Of a stretch of 35,783 nucleotides of DNA, positions 34,253 to 35,783 are shown in pieces. The translations under genes and the position numbers were made by a program. Position 1 is the stretch's first letter, and each line of letters starts with the position of its first letter. Below the pieces are notes generated by a model. That model saw nothing but the letters and a program-made list of their open reading frames with translations. It did no database searches and was not told the DNA's origin. Origin of the DNA: Actinomycetota bacterium (lineage in GTDB: Bacteria; Actinomycetota; Acidimicrobiia; Acidimicrobiales; Ilumatobacteraceae); the NCBI GenBank assembly GCA_043743395.1, contig JAYTWP010000066.1:1-35783 (forward strand). The letters are read 5' to 3'.

Positions 34253-35682
34253 ACACACCAGCGGTTCCCCGCCGTCGAGTGAACCCGATCGCCATCCTGA
34301 TTCTGTGTGCGATCGTGCCAGCTCTACTGTTCGCCGGACTCTGGCGCTGGGCCGATTCCAAGCGCATTCCAATACCTCGCGACCCACTCATCGTGGATGT
34401 AGCTCTTCCGAGCCCGCTCGCGACCCCGATACTTTCGCTGCGCCGTGCACCGCAGGCCCTCGCCAACTCAACCAGCAGAGCCAGGCTTGCCGCATCGCTC
34501 GAACCTGTCTCGAAGCTCGTCGGTAACACTTCGTGTCTCACTGTCGCCGTCGATCGCCGAACCGTTTTTGAGTTCGGGGCCACAACAGCGGTTACGCCTG
34601 CAAGTAATCTCAAGTTGCTCGTCGCATCGGCGGCGCTCGAAGTACTCGGCCCGGAATACACCTTTACCACACAGCTCAAAGGCGCGATAGACGCCGGGTC
34701 GGTGGTCGGCGACTTGTACTTCGTCGGCGGGGGTGACCCCCTGCTGTCGACCGCCAACTACCCGTCCACGCAGAAGTACCCGACAACCAACGTCACCCCA
34801 CTCGAGGATCTTGTTACCAAACTCGCAGCAGCGGGGGTCACGAGCATTCAAGGAAACGTCGTCGGGGACGACTCTCGCTATGACACCGAGCGGTTCTCAC
34901 CGGCGTGGGGCACAGCTATCTCTGGCACCGAGGCCGGCCCACTCGGGGCGCTCATGGTGAACGATGCAACCCGAGTGTTGTCCGCCAATTCCACATCGCG
35001 CTTCTCGGACCCAGCCGTTGGTGCAGCAACGAACCTCATCAGCCTGCTGCAAGCAGCTGGCATCACCGTGGGAGGCGCGGCGACATCAGGCAAAGCGCCC
35101 GCCGACGTACCTGCGATTGCATCCGTCCAGTCGGCACCGTTGAGTGCCGTGCTCGCCGAGATGCTCAACAACAGCGACAACAACACGGCGGAGCTTCTCC
35201 TCAAAGAGCTTGCGGTTCATGCAGGCACTTTCGGCGGCCGACAGGCCGGTATCGAAGTCGTAACCGCGACCTTGGCTTCTCGCGGTATGGACACGACTCA
35301 GCTCGTGATGCGCGATGGCTCGGGCCTCGATTCCGCCGATCAAGTCACCTGCGCCGCAGTGGTGCAGGTCCTCGCGCACGAGTCTCTGACGAACCCCATC
35401 GGGGTTGGCCTCCCAGTCGCCGGTCGAACCGGCACCCTCGCCGATGAGCTGCTCGATACCCCCATGGTCAGCCGCATGCACGCGAAGACCGGTTCGTTGC
35501 GTAACGTCAAGGCGCTCTCGGGTTACGTGACCACGCCGCTGGGGGAAATCGAGTTCTCGTTGATACTCGACTTCGCCAACGCCCGCGACCCCGCCAACTT
35601 CCGACCGATCTGGTCCGCGCTCGCGGACACCTTCGGCGCTTACCCGGCCGGACCAGACGCCAAGTTGCTGCAACCGCTGTAG
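34249..35682 (+). CDS. dacB: D-alanyl-D-alanine carboxypeptidase/endopeptidase, PBP4 (peptidase S13) family
   Basis: SxxK (PASNLK), SDN (NNSDNNTAE), KTG (AKTGSL). N-terminal signal anchor PRRRVNPIAILILCAIVPALLF. Start is TTG 34249 (TTGA overlap with the upstream stop) or GTG 34279. Confidence 0.85.
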   Translation: MNTPAVPRRRVNPIAILILCAIVPALLFAGLWRWADSKRIPIPRDPLIVDVALPSPLATPILSLRRAPQALANSTSRARLAASLEPVSKLVGNTSCLTVAVDRRTVFEFGATTAVTPASNLKLLVASAALEVLGPEYTFTTQLKGAIDAGSVVGDLYFVGGGDPLLSTANYPSTQKYPTTNVTPLEDLVTKLAAAGVTSIQGNVVGDDSRYDTERFSPAWGTAISGTEAGPLGALMVNDATRVLSANSTSRFSDPAVGAATNLISLLQAAGITVGGAATSGKAPADVPAIASVQSAPLSAVLAEMLNNSDNNTAELLLKELAVHAGTFGGRQAGIEVVTATLASRGMDTTQLVMRDGSGLDSADQVTCAAVVQVLAHESLTNPIGVGLPVAGRTGTLADELLDTPMVSRMHAKTGSLRNVKALSGYVTTPLGEIEFSLILDFANARDPANFRPIWSALADTFGAYPAGPDAKLLQPL

Positions 35683-35705
35683 AACCCGAGCACCGCTCAG
35701 TGTCC

Positions 35706-35711
35706 ATAGAG
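35706..35711 (+). promoter_or_regulatory. Putative -10 hexamer TAGAGT for the Lon-N-domain gene (leaderless candidate)
   Basis: TANNNT lies 6 nt upstream of GTG 35718. Confidence 0.3.
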
Positions 35712-35717
35712 TGACGC

Positions 35718-35783
35718 TGTGACACGGATGGCGATGTTCCCCCTCGGATCGGTGCTGTTTCCAGGTGCTGTTTTGCCGCTTCA
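35718..35783 (+). CDS. LON substrate-binding (Lon N-terminal) domain protein, 5' fragment only
   Basis: Translation (V)TRMAMFPLGSVLFPGAVLPL matches the characteristic MPLFPL...LFPG..LPLHIFE start of Lon-N domains. Runs off the window. Start is GTG 35718 or ATG 35727. Confidence 0.6.

Overview
High-GC chromosomal core region, Actinomycetota-like and possibly Acidimicrobiia (inference only). By my gene calls it holds 35 protein-coding genes at about 98% coding density. I see no rRNA, tRNA, CRISPR, transposase or integrase.

Left two thirds: a conserved housekeeping block, ruvC-ruvA-ruvB | dienelactone hydrolase (-) | queA-tgt | yajC-secD-secF | apt-relA | hisS-aspS. It is followed by seven genes linked by stop/start overlaps: RppH-like Nudix, rarA, a DUF948-like protein, a small membrane protein, glcD, glcE and an APH-fold kinase. 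Next come an inverted class-3 aldehyde dehydrogenase, then glcF with a coupled 75-aa ORF.

Right third, minus strand: nagA, then an unknown 131-aa ORF, tkt, tal and a long LOG/PpnN-like nucleosidase. Diverging from nagA on the plus strand: TetR, alpha/beta hydrolase, PaaI thioesterase, a domain-permuted ADP-forming acyl-CoA synthetase, PBP4 (dacB), and the first codons of a Lon-N-domain gene.

Main observations:
1. A TANNNT hexamer lies 5-9 nt upstream of the start codon of almost every operon-leading gene, none of which has a Shine-Dalgarno. This suggests leaderless mRNAs.
2. The nagA/tetR divergent spacer is only 19 bp. Both putative -10 boxes overlap inside a 16-bp palindrome.
3. A perfect LexA SOS box covers the ruvC start.
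4. The transketolase operon has an unusual composition.
5. The acyl-CoA synthetase has a permuted domain order.

I find no convincing defence island or clearly new multi-gene system. The best candidates for unknown biology are the 131-aa ORF coupled to tkt and the TetR-hydrolase-thioesterase-ACD cluster. All family assignments come from motif recognition by eye. No searches were run.
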